Shown here piece after piece: positions 27,615 to 40,255 of a stretch of 64,000 bases of DNA. The DNA comes from Neovahlkampfia damariscottae (lineage: Eukaryota): NCBI GenBank assembly GCA_016618085.1, contig JABLTG010000001.1:310001-374000 (forward strand). Direction: 5' to 3'. The notes beneath the pieces are model-generated. The model did no database searches. It had not been told where the DNA came from and was given only the letters and a program-made list of their open reading frames with translations. Positions within the stretch are counted from its first letter, which is position 1; every line of letters begins with the position of its first letter. The translations under genes were made by a program, and so were the position numbers.

Positions 27615-29527
27615 ATGGAAGGAAATTGGATAGAATGTTGCATTTTAGTAACATTTGATTTAGAATTAGGTCAAAAAATTGAAGAAATTGAACCAAAAGA
27701 ATATAGTTCTAATTTTACTAAATCACAATTAAGTGATATGTAAAACTTATAAAATAATATTAAAATAGAATAGATCATATTTATCATTTCCTGATTCTAA
27801 TACAACTAATACAGTTGGATCTACTAATTTTAATTTTCGTATACAATACAAAGATGACTTTTTATATGGATTTGTTTATTTTCGACAACAAAGAGATTCA
27901 TCAATTGAAAGAGGATTCTTACAAGTAATTAAAAAATATATTAAATATTTCTTAGAAATCTATAATAATATTAACTAAATATCCATTTATAAAATTATAT
28001 TCTGAATGTTGTAGTATTATTGGAACTGAATATTTTATAAAATATGAATTAAAAAAAGAGTTTTTATTTTCAAAAATAATGAAAGATATTAATGAATGGG
28101 ATAATATTAAATTAAATAAGAAATATATATTTGAATTATTTAATAAAAAGATAGAATATAAAACACCAATATATTTACCAAATATTTATAATAGATCATT
28201 AAATATAATGAAAAGTAATCATCCTACTGATAATTTAAAAAAGAAAAAAAAAAATAATGAAATTTTAAAATTAAAATTATCAGGAAGTAAAGAAACATAT
28301 TTAGAAGATTTAAATATATATTCAATATTTAAAAATAATATTAATTTTTTAATTAAAATATGGGAATTATTAATTTTAGGTGAATCATTATTAATTATAT
28401 CACCATTTCCAAAAATATCAAGTGAAGCATGTTTAATTTCAATTTCAATAATATCACCTTTAATTTTTAATGGTGATTTTAGACCTTATTTTACTGTTCA
28501 TAATACTGATTTTAAGAATTTTATTGAAAAAGGTAAAAAATTTGGATTTGAAAAATCAACTATCATTGGTGTAACAAATCCATTTTTTATAAAATCAATG
28601 GAACATTGGCCACATGTATTATGTTTAGATGGTATTGAAAATGAAAAAAAGAAAAAGAAATCATCTGTTCCATCTATTCTTGATTTATTTAATCAATCCA
28701 ATCAAAATTCAATTGAAGAAAAAAAGAAATTATTATGGGAATATAAACAAATGTTTTGGACAAAACATAATTTTAAAATTAAATATGATGAAAATTCATT
28801 TGAAAATAAATTATTAAAAAAGGATAATTTGATTGAAAATGAAAATATTGAATTAACCAATGAAATTAATGATGAAATTATTAGAAATTATTTTAAAAAT
28901 TTAACAAATGATTTCTTATTTCCATTACATCAATGTTTTGATAAGTTATGGTTGGAAATGAAATCATATTTTATTATTAGGTAGGATATAATTATAATTC
29001 ATTAATTAAATAGATCGGAACATACAAAAATATTTAAACAAGAAAAGTTTTATAATTTTGTTAAAAATTATGGGTATAAAGGTAATAAATTGAATGAATT
29101 AATTTCTTATACATTGTATAGATATCTTTAATTGTAAAAAGAATGATGTTTTTGAATTTTATAAAAAATTCATTTTTTCAACCAATTTTCAAACTTGGTT
29201 ACATATTAGAATAAGAGAGGCTTATTTTAATGATGTTATTCATGCAAATTTTAAAGAAATTTTGAACAACGCATCAGAAGTTGCAACTATTGATTTATAT
29301 TTAAGAATTATTGGTAAGGAAATAATAATGAGACTAAAAATGTATTAGATGAAATTAAAATAGAAAAGAAAATTATTGATTCAAATGAACTTATCATTCA
29401 AAAATTGATTGAATTTCTCAAATTTATTCTTTTATCTCTTCCAATTTCAATACGTACATCATTAATTAATCAAAATTCAAAGGAATTATTTGAAGAAAAA
29501 GATTTAAAGATTCTGTTGAAAGAATAA
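27615..29527 (+). CDS. DENND6: DENND6/FAM116-like Rab GEF
   Basis: 6 exons; WIECCILVTFDLELGQ, SYLSFPDSN, YGFVYFRQQRDSSIERGFLQKS, WELLILGE, GDFRPYFTVH and IGVTNPFF...HWPH. Confidence 0.92.
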
Positions 29528-29575
29528 AAATGAATAAATTATATTTTGATTGGTCTATTTTTTATCCAATTAGCG

Positions 29576-29916
29576 ATGACCGCAATTCCAACAACAGTAA
29601 AGAGAAGAAAAAATTACTAACGAAAAAAACAAAATAGATTTATGCTTTAAGAACTAAAGTTCCATATATGAAATCATTTTTAATTCAATCACATGTCCTC
29701 AGAAATGTTGTTAAGGATCCAGAACAAAGAAAAGAATTATTTTTTGAAAAAGAATTTAAAACCAAAAATCTTGGTCGTTTGATCTCATTAGCTGATGATA
29801 ATGAAACAGATTTACCAATACCAAGAAGTTTTACAGATTTGGCTGATCCAAATGCTGACCAAAGTGGAATTCCATCCATTTATGATGTTTTGGGATCAGT
29901 TGGTTCAAAAAAATAA
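29576..29916 (+). CDS. Small 99-aa hypothetical protein
   Basis: ATG 29576 follows two CCAAT motifs; intron 29597-29637 contains TACTAAC; MTAIPTT|IYALRTKVPYMKSFLIQSHVLRN... Confidence 0.7.
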
Positions 29917-29951
29917 AAAAAAACAATTTCGAAATAATATATGTTGTTATT

Positions 29952-31025
29952 TTATTGATTAAAAGGTGGTTGAACTAAAATAAATTCATCAACATAAGCA
30001 CCTTTTTGACAATTTTTACTACAAACGTATAAAATAACTGTTCCAAAATCTAAACCTTCATTTTCTTTTAAATGACAATGATTTTCTGGTTCTAAAAAGT
30101 AAACTGAAGTTGAAAGAATTTGTACTTCAGGTACTCTTTTTGCTTTACAAAAATCACAATCTGGTATAACAATATCACCTTTTAACTCTTTTAATTCTTC
30201 ATCGTTATCAATTTGTGTTGGTGTAAATTCTTTTTTATATGTTGTCCATAACACTTTCATATCAAATTTAGTACGTACAACTTGATTTGGACATTCTTGT
30301 AAAACTGTTTGAAACTTTTGAAAAGCAGTTTCTTCTGACATTTCTTCTTCATCGTCTTCTTCTTCTTCATCATCATCATCATTTTCAATTTTTTCTTTAT
30401 TTTTTTGATATTCTCTGTACAATCTTTTTTCATGAGTTTTCATTTCATTTTCGTCTTCAGAATCATATTCGTCTTCAAAAAAATAAATTGAATTGCATGG
30501 AAAGTGATATTCTTTTTTCACATCTTCCTTTTTTTGTTTATTTTTCTTTTTATTTGGTTCTTTCTTTTCTTTAATTAAATCAAAAATTTCATCATCCTCA
30601 ACTGTTTCTTTCCAATTCTCTACTTTTTTTTCTTCTTTCTCCTCTTCTTCAGGTGCATCACAAGAACCACGAATTCCAATCCAACTAATCATTAATAATA
30701 ATCTATTTTCGAACCTTCCTTCTTTGTTGATACATTTTTCGTTATTGCAACCAAAAATATAAAGAAAACGATCAAGTTCTGATAAAGGAGCATAAATTTG
30801 AGATATCAAATATAATTTTGATGAACAAATTTTACATTTTAATTCTTTTGGTTCTTTTGGTGGTTTTTCAAGTTGTTTTTCATTCATCCATACCTTTTGA
30901 TTTTTAAAAAAAATAAATTTATATTTTACAGCTTTTCCACCAATTTTATTGATATAAATATCATTGTCTTCAATATTTGTAATTTTTTTATCTGGTATTC
31001 CAATGTATAAAGCTTCTTCGTTCAT
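29952..31025 (-). CDS. PDCD2L/Tsr4-like protein (uS5 chaperone)
   Basis: NKIGGKA|VWM, CKICSSKLYLISQIYAP...DRFLYIFGC, PNQVVR, CDFCKAKRVPEVQI and DFGTVILYVCSKNC. Two in-frame introns (30894-30929, 30685-30714) are hidden inside the ORF. Confidence 0.9.
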   Translation of the reverse strand: MNEEALYIGIPDKKITNIEDNDIYINKIGGKAVKYKFIFFKNQKVWMNEKQLEKPPKEPKELKCKICSSKLYLISQIYAPLSELDRFLYIFGCNNEKCINKEGRFENRLLLMISWIGIRGSCDAPEEEEKEEKKVENWKETVEDDEIFDLIKEKKEPNKKKNKQKKEDVKKEYHFPCNSIYFFEDEYDSEDENEMKTHEKRLYREYQKNKEKIENDDDDEEEEDDEEEMSEETAFQKFQTVLQECPNQVVRTKFDMKVLWTTYKKEFTPTQIDNDEELKELKGDIVIPDCDFCKAKRVPEVQILSTSVYFLEPENHCHLKENEGLDFGTVILYVCSKNCQKGAYVDEFILVQPPFNQ

Positions 31026-31215
31026 TTTGAATTGGAAAGGAATAACGAAATGATTGGAGCAGAAAAAAACAACCAATCAAAGCGCCTTCACATGTGATTG
31101 GATCATTCAAAAAAGATTTTTTTGTAACGGTGAATAAAAGCTTCAAAAATTTGAACAAAAATTCTTAACCACAAATTTTAAAAACAGAATACACCTCATC
31201 CATTTTTTTATAAAA

Positions 31216-33337
31216 ATGTCCACAACAGAGGAAAATAACAAAAGAAGTCGCAAAGATTCATCAGAAACTGTTTCAGAAGAGTCTCCATCTTCAAAAAGAG
31301 TCAGAAAACCGAAAGTGTTTGATGATTTTGATTTGACACCAAGTGTAAATATATTTATTCTATATTAAAGATGAATTAGTCTCCTAAAAAAAATGAAGAA
31401 AATGTTGAACCAATTATAGGTGAAAAGAAAATTGAAAGAAGGGGAAGAAAACCAAAAGGTCACCCAAAGACACCAAAAGAACAAAAACCAAAAAAAGAAA
31501 AAAAGAAAAAAGTTGATGATTCAATGGATTATGAACACGTTGATTCAGAAACACCGAAGAAAAAAAAACCAGGAAGACCAAAAAAGAGTGTTTCATCATC
31601 AGATGATTATGCACCACCACCAAATGTTATAACAGATTCTTCAGAAACTTCAACAAATCAACAAGTTGAAAAACGACCACAAAGACCACATAAAGCACCA
31701 AAACCAGTTTATGAACCACATGTCTCAGATGAACTTCGATTATTATCAGAATCACATCAACAGTGCTATAAAATTTTAGAAAGTCTTATGTTACATCATT
31801 ATTCATGGCCATTTTTACAACCTGTTGATCCTGTTGCATTGAATATTCCTGATTATTTAGATATTATCAAAACACCAATGGATTTATCAACAATTAAAAA
31901 GAAACTTTTGAGTGGAAAATATGAAACTATTCAAGAATTTGCTATTGATATTAGACTTGTTTGGCAAAATTGTTTTACTTACAATCCACCTACATCGGAT
32001 GTAGTTAAAATGGCTCAAGACCTTGATCAATTTTTTGAAACAAGATTTAAAAAAGTTGTTGAAGAAAGTAAGAGTATTTTTTTTAGATATTTAAATCCTT
32101 TTTAGTAAATGGTGAATATACACAAAAAAAAATGGCAGAGATGCAAAAGAAAATGAAAGAAATGGAAAAAGAATTGTTGCTTCATAAATCTGGTGGAAGT
32201 GCAGTAGTCAATTCTGAATCACCAATAACAGAAGAAATAAAAGTGACACCTGTAAAAATTCAAAAAGAAGTCAAAAGAAAAAGAGCAACACCAGTTGTTG
32301 ATTCACGTCCAATGTCATTTGAAGAAAAAAAACTATTGTCTGCTAATATTGGTCAATTAGATCCAATTAAATTAACAAAGATTGTAGATATTATTCAGTC
32401 TCGTGCACCAAAAGCATCATCACAATCTGTTGAACAAGAAATTGAAATTGATTTGGACAAATTAGATGCTGTTACACTTAGACAAATTGAAAAATATATA
32501 AAGACTACTCTAACAGGTTCAAAAAAGAAAAATTATGTAAAAACTTCAAAATCACTTTCAACACCTCCATCAACTACAACAAGTACAAGTTCTTTAGTGA
32601 AACAAGAAACCGTCACTCAACAACAATTACCACCTCCACCACAAACTATTTCAAATCAAGAACAAAATACAAAACTTGAGAGTAGTTCTTCAGATTCTGA
32701 TTCTTCATCATCAGATTCTGATTCTGATGATGAAAAGAACTCAAATGCTCAAGAAGGTAAATAAAATGAATTAAACATTTTAATTTTGAATTCAGATGTT
32801 TGTCAATATTATTCAATTGAAAGTGTTCATTCTTTAAAAATTAACATTAAAAAGATATCAAACAATTCTCTTAAAAACCAAGACTCTGTGAAAATAAAAC
32901 CAAAAACTATTTCTTTTTCTTTTGGTACCCTTAAAAATAAAAAGGATGAAGTAGTACAAGCTGAAATTCTTTCAACAACAATTGAAGATTTAGATTTGGA
33001 TGAATCAAAATTTTCATGGAATTTTATTGAACAAGATGAACAAAAAGATGATTCACAAGATAATGATAAAATATGGATGGAACATCAAAGAATGTATCAA
33101 AATTATAAAGAAAAATTAAAATTAAGAGAAAATTATTTAAAAAAAAGAATGATTGATATTGTTCAAGAACATGAAGAAAAATCAATTTTGGAAAAAGAAA
33201 AAGAAATTGAAGAAGAAAGAGAAAAAGAAAAAAGAGAAAGAGAAAAAGAAAAGAAAATGTTATCTCAAACATTTGACGATGATGAATTTACACTTTTGGA
33301 ATCATTTACACCTTCTTCTTTATTCAAAATGAAATAA
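31216..33337 (+). CDS. BET/GTE-family single bromodomain + ET domain protein with AT-hook-like motifs
   Basis: 4 exons; RRGRKPK and KPGRPKK; bromodomain WPFLQPVDPVALNIPDYLDIIKTPMDLSTI...NCFTYN; ET domain RPMSFEEKKLLS...EIEIDLDKLD; Ser/Asp tract. Confidence 0.92.
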
Positions 33338-33377
33338 ACTTTGATTTTATTGGTCAAAACTTGTTGTTTACATTAAT

Positions 33378-34040
33378 ATGAAGAAAATTAAAAACATTTT
33401 TAAAAATAATAAGAAATATTACAATACTTCTCTATCAATGGATGATTTCATTAAAATTAAATCAAAAGAAAATACAAATAATCAAAAAAATAAAAACTTA
33501 CAACCAAAAGAATTTAATTTAGAATATGAAAGACAAATGGGTAATTTATTTGACATTGAAGAGTATATAAAATTGATAAAAGAATTCAAAGGAATTGATT
33601 TAGTAGTAATGGATTTAAAAGAAAAAACAAACTATACAGATTATATGTAACTCATTTTAGTTTATTTTTAATTCATAGGGTATTTGTAACTGGAAGTAAT
33701 CAATATATTAAATTAATATTTAGATGGTCAACGCCATATGAAGACCATAGCCTCAAAACTGGTTGAAATGGTTTGTTTATTGATTATATATTAATTGATT
33801 GAAAAGATAAAAAGAAAAAATCTAGGACTTAATGTATGTATTGAAGGAGCAGAATGTGATGACTGGATGTTAGTTGATGGTATGTTCAAATTATTAAATA
33901 ATCATTAAAAAGGTGGAAATGTGATTGTTCAAATTTTTTCAGAAGACGGAAGAAACTTTTATGATTTAGAAAGAAAATTTTGTTTTGAAGAACCTCCAAA
34001 ATCCGAAGACATCTCAAAATTGTTAGAAGAAGAAAAATAA
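33378..34040 (+). CDS. MALSU1: Mitochondrial ribosome silencing factor RsfS/Iojap (MALSU1-like)
   Basis: 5 exons; KGIDLVVMDL...DYMVFVTGNGQRHM...IEGAECDDWMLVDGGNVIVQIFSEDGRNFYDLERKF; basic N-terminus. Confidence 0.9.
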
Positions 34041-34106
34041 AATTTTTATTTTGATCAAAATTGATTGGATAATTTTTTCAAATTTTTATTGGTTGAACTT
34101 GATTAA

Positions 34107-35616
34107 ATGTCTGTGGAAGAGAAAAAAGTGAAAATAAATCAAAGTTTGATACTTTCAAAAGATATCAAAGGTTTATGTAATCATTCATCTTCAAGTGATG
34201 TCACCTTTGAAGTACTTGAAGGGAAAGTCAAAAAAGAAAAACCAACCAAGTTTTATGGACATAAGTTAATTTTAGGTTCAAGAAGTACTTATTTAAAAAA
34301 GATGTTTGATGAACAAAAGAAATCCAAAACATTTAAATTTGATAAAATGAACCCTTCTGCTTTTCATGAAGTATTTACATATATCTATACTGGTAGTTGT
34401 AAGAAAAAAAAAAAAAAATAAAAAATAAAAAAAAAGGTACATTGAAACAAGAATATATGATGGATTTACTTCATATATCATCATTATTTGAATTAACTAG
34501 ATTGACAAATTCAACTTGTGATTTTATTTTAAAAGGTTTAACACCTTCTACTGTTGTTAAATTTATAATGGATGTAAAATCACCAAAATATAGTTTTGAT
34601 ACTAAATATTTAATTTCTAAATGTGTTGAATTTATGGAAGAAAGTAAATATAATAATAATAATAATATTAATATAAAGATGATGTTGATGTTATTCATAA
34701 TAAATCATATGAAGACTTTGATGAAGAAACATTCATATTCTTTTTAAAAAGTGATAAATTTTCAATTGATGAAAGTGAACTTTTTAATGCAGTGATGAAA
34801 TGGGTGAGAAAAAAAATAAAAAAATTAAAAATAAAAAAAAGGGAAATAAAAATAGAAAGAATAATGAAAAATTAAGTGAAGTAGTTAAAAATATTGTACC
34901 ACATTTACGTTATCCTTTAATGACTATTGATTTTTTAATGGATACTGTAAAGAATCATGAAGCAGTTCCTGTTGATTTATATTTAAAAGGATTAGAATAT
35001 CATATTGTTTCAGATGGTCCATTTGATATGACAGATCCACATTATAAAATTAGATCTTCACCAAAAAAGTAAAAACGAAATATTTTTTAAAAATGATAAT
35101 AGAATTGTATTTGATCCACCTATGAAAAATAAATTAAACTTTAAATTAACAAATGGAGGATTAACTTGTGAAAAGGTTAAAGGTGGTAATGCTTGGGATA
35201 GTGGAATAATATTTGGTGATAAAGGATTCAATTCTGGTGTACTTTATTGGGAAATTCAAATTCTACATTTAAATCATGATAGAAGTGGTATGTGTATTGG
35301 AATTACAAATAATAGAAGTACTTCAACTTATAACAAAGATATTGGTATTGGTATGTCAGGAAATAGACATAATTGTTATATTTCATCTGGTTCAGGTTCA
35401 TCAGCAAGAAGTTCTGTAAAAGATAGAATTGGTATTTTATTGGATTTTAATAAGAAGAAGGTTTTCTTTTTTAGAAATGGAAATTATTTAAAATTAACAG
35501 CTACTATTTATTCAGGAAATACATATTTTCCAGTAGTTCATTTATTTTATCCAAAAGATAAAGTTCAAGTTTCAATGAAGGAAGAAAAAGATTTTCCAAA
35601 AGGTGATTTTTATTAA
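34107..35616 (+). CDS. BTB-BACK-SPRY/B30.2 protein (probable Cullin3 adaptor)
   Basis: 5 exons; SDVTFEV...FYGHKLILGSRSTYLKKMF...YIYTG; ESELFNAVMKW...HLRYPLM; SGVLYWEI...DRIGILLDFNKKKVFFFRNG...YFPVV. Confidence 0.88.
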
Positions 35617-35678
35617 ATATTATTTAAAAACATTTCTTTTTAAAAAAACCCTTCTTCGTTCAAACAAAAAAAAAAACA

Positions 35679-35686
35679 ACCAATCA
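35679..35686 (+). promoter_or_regulatory. CCAAT motif (representative of a window-wide start-proximal element)
   Basis: accaatcaaaATG of TRAPPC11; equivalent CCAAT/ATTGG copies occur near almost every start codon. Confidence 0.7.
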
Positions 35687-35688
35687 AA

Positions 35689-38600
35689 ATGGATGAGTAC
35701 CCTGATGTATTCACTAAACCACCAGTACCTGTTGTATCTTTAGTAATGTTAAAAGAACTTCATGGAGATATTACAAAATCTATTCAAAATACATGTCCTT
35801 TACCTATTAAAATTTTAAGTTTTCCAACGGAAGAAAGTTTTACAAAAAAGAAAATAAAACAAGATATTAATTTACAAGGAATATTTAAAAGATCATGGAT
35901 GGATAAATATCAATCTGTTATACCATCTGTTGCTATGGTTTTAGTTGAATGGTAAGAAAGGAAAAATAAAATTTTAAACAAAAAAAAAAAGGAAACTTGA
36001 AGAAGATTGGAAAAAACAAGAACTTTCAATTATTGGAATCATTGAAAGAGTAAAAGAATCATTTAAAGGAAGAAATATAAAAATAATGACATTTATAGTT
36101 GTTGAAGAAGAACCAAGAGATAAAGGAGAAAATAAGATTGATGACTTTGTTTCAAATATAAAAAAGATATGTCAAATTGATTCTAAATCAGTTAATTTTA
36201 TTGATAAAAAAGATTTATATTTAGGACAAAGTGTATCAAGTGATGTATCCAAAACAATAGTTAGTTTAAGTATCAATTTTTATAAAGAAAATATTGCAAG
36301 AATAAAAAAAGGAAAGAATGAAAATGAAATAATAACATTTCGAAATAAATTTAAAATATCATTCTTTCAAGAGATATTAGGAAATTCAACAAAAGTTCAA
36401 AAATTTTTACAACAAGGATATGAAATATTAATTGAAATACAAAATTTAAATCAATTTAGTGATAATGAAATAAGAACATTATCAGATTATATTAATTTAA
36501 AATTATGTTTATTAAAAATATCAGAAAAGAAAGTTGATTTAGCTATTAAACAATTCTTAGATCATATAAAATGGTATAAAACATTAAAAGGTGAACCTGA
36601 ATTATTATTTGAACATCAAGCATTAATTTCAAGACAATATAGAGTATTTGGTGAACATTTAGAAAGAGTAGTTTTAAATAATCAATCATCTTATGGTAAT
36701 CCTGGTTTTTATTTTCAATCTGCTGCTATTTATTCAAAAAATAGAAAAAAATGGTCAAAAAGAACAATTGATACATTTAAATCAAAAAATAAAATACCAG
36801 AAAATTTAAATACTTATATTGAAGAAAAATATATTTTAAATGGTTTTATTGGTCAAAGAAAAAATGGATCCAATGAAGAATATTTTAAAATAATTTTAAA
36901 TGAATCAAAAATTAATCATTCAGAAGATATAATTAAAATGTTAACAAAGTCATATGATCATTATTTTAAAAGAAATCAAAAAAGAATGATTTATTATATT
37001 GCATCAATGATTGCAAATGAACATTTTTCATCTTCAAATTGGTTAAAAGCAAAGAAATTTTATGAAAGAATTTTAAAAGAATATAGATTTGAAAAATGGG
37101 ATTTACCTTTAATTCAAATTTTAAAATCAATTATGATTTGTACTAAACATTTAAATGAATCAAATGAATATATTCAATATTCAATTCAATTAATATCAGA
37201 ATTAAACCAATCAAATCAAATTATTTATAATCAAACCAATCATCAATCAAATCAATTAAATTTAAATCAACAACAATTAAAAGATGAATCATTAGATATA
37301 TTAACTCAATTATTTAAATTTTTAAATCAAAAAGATAATATTTTAAAACAACCATTATTAATTGATTCAAATCATTCAATTTTATCTTTAAAAGTTCAAT
37401 TTGAAAATCCATTCATTTCTGTTTTTGATCCAATTTTATTTTGTTTAAAATTTGATTTAAATTCACCAATACCAATTGAATTTTCAAATTTAAAAATATC
37501 ATTTTCTGATAAACAATATGATATAATAAAACCTGAAACATTTATATTATCAAATAAAAAATCAAATGAATTTAAATTTGAAATTAGTATTAAAGAAAAA
37601 ATGGATTTAAAATGTCTTGATGTTTCAATTGAATTATATGGAAATGAAATTAAAAGTTTAATGGATTCAAAAGAATTATTTTTACAAAAGAAACAAAAGA
37701 AATTACAACAATTAAAACATTTAAAACAAGATGGTGTTGATACTATTGGTAATGGTAGTGGTAGTGGTGGTGGTGACAGTATTGGTATTGGTGGTATTGA
37801 TGAACATATTGATGGTGATAGTATTGGTATTGATAATGATAGTAATGTCATTAGTGGTATTAGTGATGATTCAACAACAGAAAATGATACATTAATAATA
37901 AAAGAAAATAAGAATTATGTAATATTTAAATGGATAATGAATGAAAATGAATATTATTCACAAATATTAAATGATTATGATTTTCGAAATGAAATTGGAC
38001 AAGGATTATTTGTTGAAAGACCTGTAATTAGAGTTAATCAACCAATACCAAATTTAAAATTAACATTTGAACATTTACCACCTGCATTATTAAATGAATT
38101 TTATGGAATTAAAATAATTTTAAATTCAAATCAAGATTCAATTATAAATGGTAAAATTAAATTTCAAAAAATTGATGAACTTTTAATTTTTAATTTTGAA
38201 AAAGAAAGAATAAATGAAATTAATTTTGATGAAATTAAAAATCAAGAAAAAAAAGAAATTAATATTTTTATGAAATCAAATTTAAAAGGTCAACATAAAA
38301 TTGGTTTTAATATTGAATACCAAACTACTAAATTTCCAAATTTAATTAAAGATCAATATTTAGATATTTATACTGATGTACCATTTAGTTCATTATTTCA
38401 ATATATTTCAACAAGAAGAAAAGTAATAGAATCAAAGAGTGATCAAGATGGTAGTATTGGTGATGGTGGTGTTACTTCAGGTCAAGATGGTAGTAGTGGT
38501 GATGGTGATATTGGTGATGGTGGTAATGACTTAATATCATCAATTAGTATGAATAGTGAATTATATTTATTACCATTCTTTACTAAATCATTTCTTCATA

Positions 38601-39346
38601 AAACAACAACCAAAAGTGAATCATTTCTTGAATTAAAGAATGATTTAAAAAACAAAGATTTAAAATTTATTCAACAAGATTCATTTCCAAAGAATGATTT
38701 AATATTATTATCAACTAAATTAACATGTAAAACACCATTTGAATTAAAGATTAAATCATCAAAATTAAATTTAAATTCTAATTTTAAATTTCAAAATAAA
38801 CCAATGAATTTAACATTTGATAAATCAATTAAAAATTTAGATCATTTTACAATTGTTGATTTAATTAGACCAAATTTATTAAATTTAGATTTTAATGATT
38901 CAAATTTAAATTTACAATTAGGTACTATTCAAATTAAATATGAAAGAGTTAAGAATTTATTTCATCAAAATTTAGATGAAATTGAATTAGAAATACCTTT
39001 ACCATCTATCAAAATTTTAGATCAAAAATCATTAGTTTCATTTTCTTGTCCTGATAAAATCATTTTTGGAAAACCATTTTATTTAAAAATATTTTTAGAA
39101 AATCAAAACTTTTTACCAGAAGAATATATTTTGAATGTAAAAGATTCAGATAATTTTTATTTAAGTGGTTCAACTTTTATTTCTTTTTCAATTTTACCTT
39201 TTTCAAAAAAAGAATTTCATTATTGTTTAATTCCAAAAAATACTGGAACTTTATTATTACCAAAATTTGTTATTTCTGCAAAAAGTTCAACTTCTCTTTT
39301 ATTATATGATGAAGAAGAATGGTCAGTTTTTATTCATCCAAATTAA
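35689..39346 (+). CDS. TRAPPC11: TRAPP III subunit TRAPPC11 (foie gras/gryzun)
   Basis: 2 exons; GIFKRSWMDKYQSVIPSV, FRNKFKISFFQE, SRQYRVFGE, NPGFYFQSAA, YRFEKW and C-terminal YCLIPKNTGTLLLPKF. Confidence 0.92.
37730..37872 (+). repeat. GGT/GAT/AGT-rich low-complexity coding insertion in TRAPPC11 (a second lies at about 38437-38530)
   Basis: Run of codons mostly ending in T encoding DGVDTIGNGSGSGGGDSIGIGGIDEHIDGDSIGIDNDS. Confidence 0.7.
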
Positions 39347-39370
39347 ATATTTTTTTATTTCTCACTCCCC

Positions 39371-40150
39371 TTATTCTTCATTTTGTTGATTATATGAATT
39401 CAATAAATCTTTTGCATCTTTATGACCTTTATTTGATGCTTTCTTTAAATATTCAATTCCTAATTTAATATTTTCTATTTCAATCAATAAATAATAAACA
39501 CCCAATCGAAATTCTGATTCAGTAAATTCTTGATTTGCTGATAATTTGAAATATTCAAGTGATTTATCATCATTTTGTTCAACACCTTCACCATAATAAT
39601 ACATCATTCCAAGTTGATATTGACAATGAGCATCATTTTGATTTGCACCAATTTGAAAATAATTAAATGATTTTTTAAAGTTTTTAATTGATTTATAATA
39701 TTCAGCTAACTCAATAGTTGCTTTGATATATCCTTTTTGAGATGATTTTAATAAACATTCAAAATATTGTTCAAAATTTGTTGTTTGTTTTTTGTACATT
39801 TTACTCATCAAATATAATCCATGTCCATGATCTTTTTTGCAAATAGATTCAGTATAATGAAATAGTTCATCTAAATCTTCTCCAGTAACATCAATTTCTT
39901 CTTGTAAATATAAATTTATCAAAAAAATTTGTGATGGTTCATGTCCATTTCTCGCTGCAGAATCAAATATCTGAAGAGCTTTATCATGTGTCTCAATGTT
40001 TTTCCATAACTTTACCGCATTTTCATACTTATCAACAATATTTTCTGTAGTTTGCAAACAGATTGGTGTCTCAAAAAATAATTGTATTCTTGAAGATTTA
40101 AAATACTTTTTTGAATTCTTCAATGACACCTTTTTAAAGTTTGAGAACAT
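39371..40150 (-). CDS. SEL1-repeat protein, probably mitochondrial
   Basis: AHCQYQLGMMYYYGEGVEQNDDKSLEYFKLSANQ; basic, acid-free N-terminus MFSNFKKVSLKNSKKYFKSSR. Confidence 0.85.
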   Translation of the reverse strand: MFSNFKKVSLKNSKKYFKSSRIQLFFETPICLQTTENIVDKYENAVKLWKNIETHDKALQIFDSAARNGHEPSQIFLINLYLQEEIDVTGEDLDELFHYTESICKKDHGHGLYLMSKMYKKQTTNFEQYFECLLKSSQKGYIKATIELAEYYKSIKNFKKSFNYFQIGANQNDAHCQYQLGMMYYYGEGVEQNDDKSLEYFKLSANQEFTESEFRLGVYYLLIEIENIKLGIEYLKKASNKGHKDAKDLLNSYNQQNEE

Positions 40151-40255
40151 TTCTGAAGTGTTGTTGGATTGGTTTGAAATTTATCCAATAAAAATCTTCA
40201 AGAATACAATTGGAAATGGGAGAGAATATTTAAAAAAATAGACAGTAGAAATATT

